This document shows, in pieces, positions 62,429 through 64,000 of a stretch of 64,000 nucleotides of DNA. A model generated the notes under the pieces. It ran no database searches. It saw only the letters and a list, made by a program, of their open reading frames with translations, and was not told where the DNA came from. The position numbers and the translations under genes were made by a program. Within the stretch, counting starts at the first letter, position 1; the number at the start of each line of letters is the position of its first letter. The DNA is from an archaeon. GTDB lineage: Archaea; Nanobdellota; Nanobdellia; Pacearchaeales; DTIR01. The stretch spans positions 28,903 to 92,902 of the forward strand of contig JAZDNM010000003.1 in NCBI GenBank assembly GCA_043799715.1. The letters are read 5' to 3'.

Positions 62429-62629
62429 ATGGCAAAAAAGAAGGGCAGGCTTATTGATCTAATTCCCCCTTGTCTTCCTGCAAATGCTGTTGCAAGAGAA
62501 GCGCAGCCGGGCTATAAGGCAGGAAACCCCTTGATTGACAGGGTAAATGAAAATTCAAGGGAAACATTATTCAGGAAGTTCATGGATTTTTATAACAAGA
62601 TTATTAAGAAGAAATAACTGTTTCTTTTT

Positions 62630-64000
62630 ATGGTTCAGTTAAAAAAAGCAGCATTCAGAAAGCCCTCAAAAACAATTGCAGGAGTTACTCCAGTAGCAGT
62701 AATGCTCAAGCCGCGGAAGTGCAAACATGGCACTTGCCTGTACTGCCCTTCTCTTGATGTTCCTCAAAGCTATACTCCAAGAAGCCCTGCTGTGCTGAGG
62801 GCAAAAATGTTTGGATATGATGCATTCAAGCAAGTTGAATCAAGATTAAAGGCATTTGAAATAATGAGCCATCCCACAGACAAAATTGAACTGATAGTTA
62901 TGGGAGGGACTTTTTCGGATTATCCTCTGGCTTACCAGAAAAATTTCATCAAGAAATGCTATGATGCCCTTAATGGCAGGATTTCTTCAAGCTTGGAACA
63001 GGCTAAAAAACTGAATGAGAAAGCAAAACACAGGTGCGTTGCTCTTTGCATAGAAACACGTCCTGACCTTTGCTCTGAAAAAGAAATTCAGAGAATGCTT
63101 GAACTTGGGGCAACAAGAGTCGAGCTTGGAGTGCAGGCAATTGATGACAGGATTTACAGGATTGTTGAAAGAAAACATACTGTTGAAGATGTTGTGAAAG
63201 CAACTCAATTACTGAGAGATGCTGGCTTTAAGATTGGCTATCACATAATGCCGGGCTTGCCTGGAAGTTCCTTGAAACATGACTTGGAAATGTTCAAGCA
63301 GCTTTTTTCTGACTCAAGGTTCAAGCCAGAGCAGTTGAAAATTTACCCGTGCCAGGTTATCAGGGGAAGCAAGCTTGAAAAATGGTTTGAGAAAGGGAAA
63401 TATAATCCATATTCTGAATCTGAGATTGTTGATTTGATTGTTGAAATGCTCAGGCAAGTTCCTGAGTATTGCAGGGTAATGAGAATAATGAGGGAGATTC
63501 CCCCTGAATATCTGGTTGCAGGAACACAAAGAATTGATTTGAGAAAAGTGATTGATGAGAAACTTGCTGAAAAGAAAATAAAGTTGAAAGAGATAAGAAG
63601 CAGGGAAATCGGTTTTATGATGCGCGAGCACAGGAAGATTGACAGGAATTTAAAATTAAAAGTTCTGGAGTATAGCGCTTCAAATGGCAGGGAGTTTTTC
63701 TTAGAAGTTGTTAACAAGCAGAATTTTCTGTTTGGATTGCTGAGATTGAGAATTCCTTTTAAGCCTTTTATCCAGGAATTGGATGATGCTGCTATTGTTC
63801 GCGAGTTGCATGTCTATGGCAAGAGCATTTCTTTAGGAAAGAAATCCTCGGCAAAGAAATTTGATGCTGTCCAGCACAAGGGCTTGGGCAAGATGCTTAT
63901 GAGAAAGGCAGAAGAGATTGCAAAAAAGCAGCATATGAAGAAAATTGCTGTGATTTCTGGGGTTGGGGTGAGGGAGTATTATGGGAAATTGGGATATCAT
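62630..64000 (+). CDS. elp3: Elp3-type tRNA modification radical SAM/acetyltransferase; 3' end beyond the window
   Basis: It is absent from the ORF track because no stop is reached. The frame from the ATG at 62630 is open to nt 64000. It has the Elp3 cluster CKHGTCLYCP, GATRVELGVQ, PGLPGS, RELHVYG, QHKGLGKMLM and the terminal GKLGYH. Confidence 0.85.
   Translation, partial: MVQLKKAAFRKPSKTIAGVTPVAVMLKPRKCKHGTCLYCPSLDVPQSYTPRSPAVLRAKMFGYDAFKQVESRLKAFEIMSHPTDKIELIVMGGTFSDYPLAYQKNFIKKCYDALNGRISSSLEQAKKLNEKAKHRCVALCIETRPDLCSEKEIQRMLELGATRVELGVQAIDDRIYRIVERKHTVEDVVKATQLLRDAGFKIGYHIMPGLPGSSLKHDLEMFKQLFSDSRFKPEQLKIYPCQVIRGSKLEKWFEKGKYNPYSESEIVDLIVEMLRQVPEYCRVMRIMREIPPEYLVAGTQRIDLRKVIDEKLAEKKIKLKEIRSREIGFMMREHRKIDRNLKLKVLEYSASNGREFFLEVVNKQNFLFGLLRLRIPFKPFIQELDDAAIVRELHVYGKSISLGKKSSAKKFDAVQHKGLGKMLMRKAEEIAKKQHMKKIAVISGVGVREYYGKLGYH

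Noticed and set aside
62429-62617. The 62-aa plus-strand ORF between mtnP and elp3
   Set aside because: It has no motif and no obvious promoter, because its upstream region is mtnP coding sequence. It occupies the region where the elp3 promoter should lie. It may be real but is unsupported.
1-64000. Presence of an integrase, transposase, prophage or rRNA operon
   Set aside because: No ORF shows recombinase or transposase motifs (R..H..R..Y, DDE) or capsid/terminase features. No rRNA-like conserved stretches were seen.

Overview
This is an AT-rich archaeal chromosome fragment. The gene content points to a small-genome, DPANN-like archaeon (inference only): RtcB and archease, split RFC, Rpo7-Spt4-S24e-S27ae, archaeal-type ThrRS, Elp3, an archaeal type IV pilus ATPase, and six tRNA genes that all carry introns. 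From left to right the window holds: (1) a cell-surface block, with a giant LamG-repeat adhesin gene truncated at the left edge, two small toxin-antitoxin cassettes, a Cys-rich TNAH-repeat surface protein and several secreted or anchored proteins; (2) an operon of A24 prepilin peptidase, a deacetylase-like gene and two radical SAM/SPASM genes, next to glycan genes (glycosyltransferase, DegT aminotransferase, CapK/PaaK-like ligase); (3) a compact radical SAM peptide-maturation operon resembling the His-Xaa-Ser system; (4) rtcB, a GalT-like HIT protein and archease; (5) a type IV pilus / Tad-like locus; (6) housekeeping genes for transcription, translation, dTMP/dUTP metabolism, RFC, SSB, HisRS, ThrRS, MTA phosphorylase and Elp3 (runs off the right edge). 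The most unusual sequence-level signals are: (a) the 3' tail of the LamG gene occurs three times and brackets the two TA cassettes; (b) two families of short structured elements are shared between tRNA introns and intergenic spacers of protein-coding operons; (c) the Hxs-like operon; (d) an exact 22-nt BRE/TATA-like duplicate that may drive an unassigned structured RNA locus. No rRNA, CRISPR array, integrase or transposase was seen.
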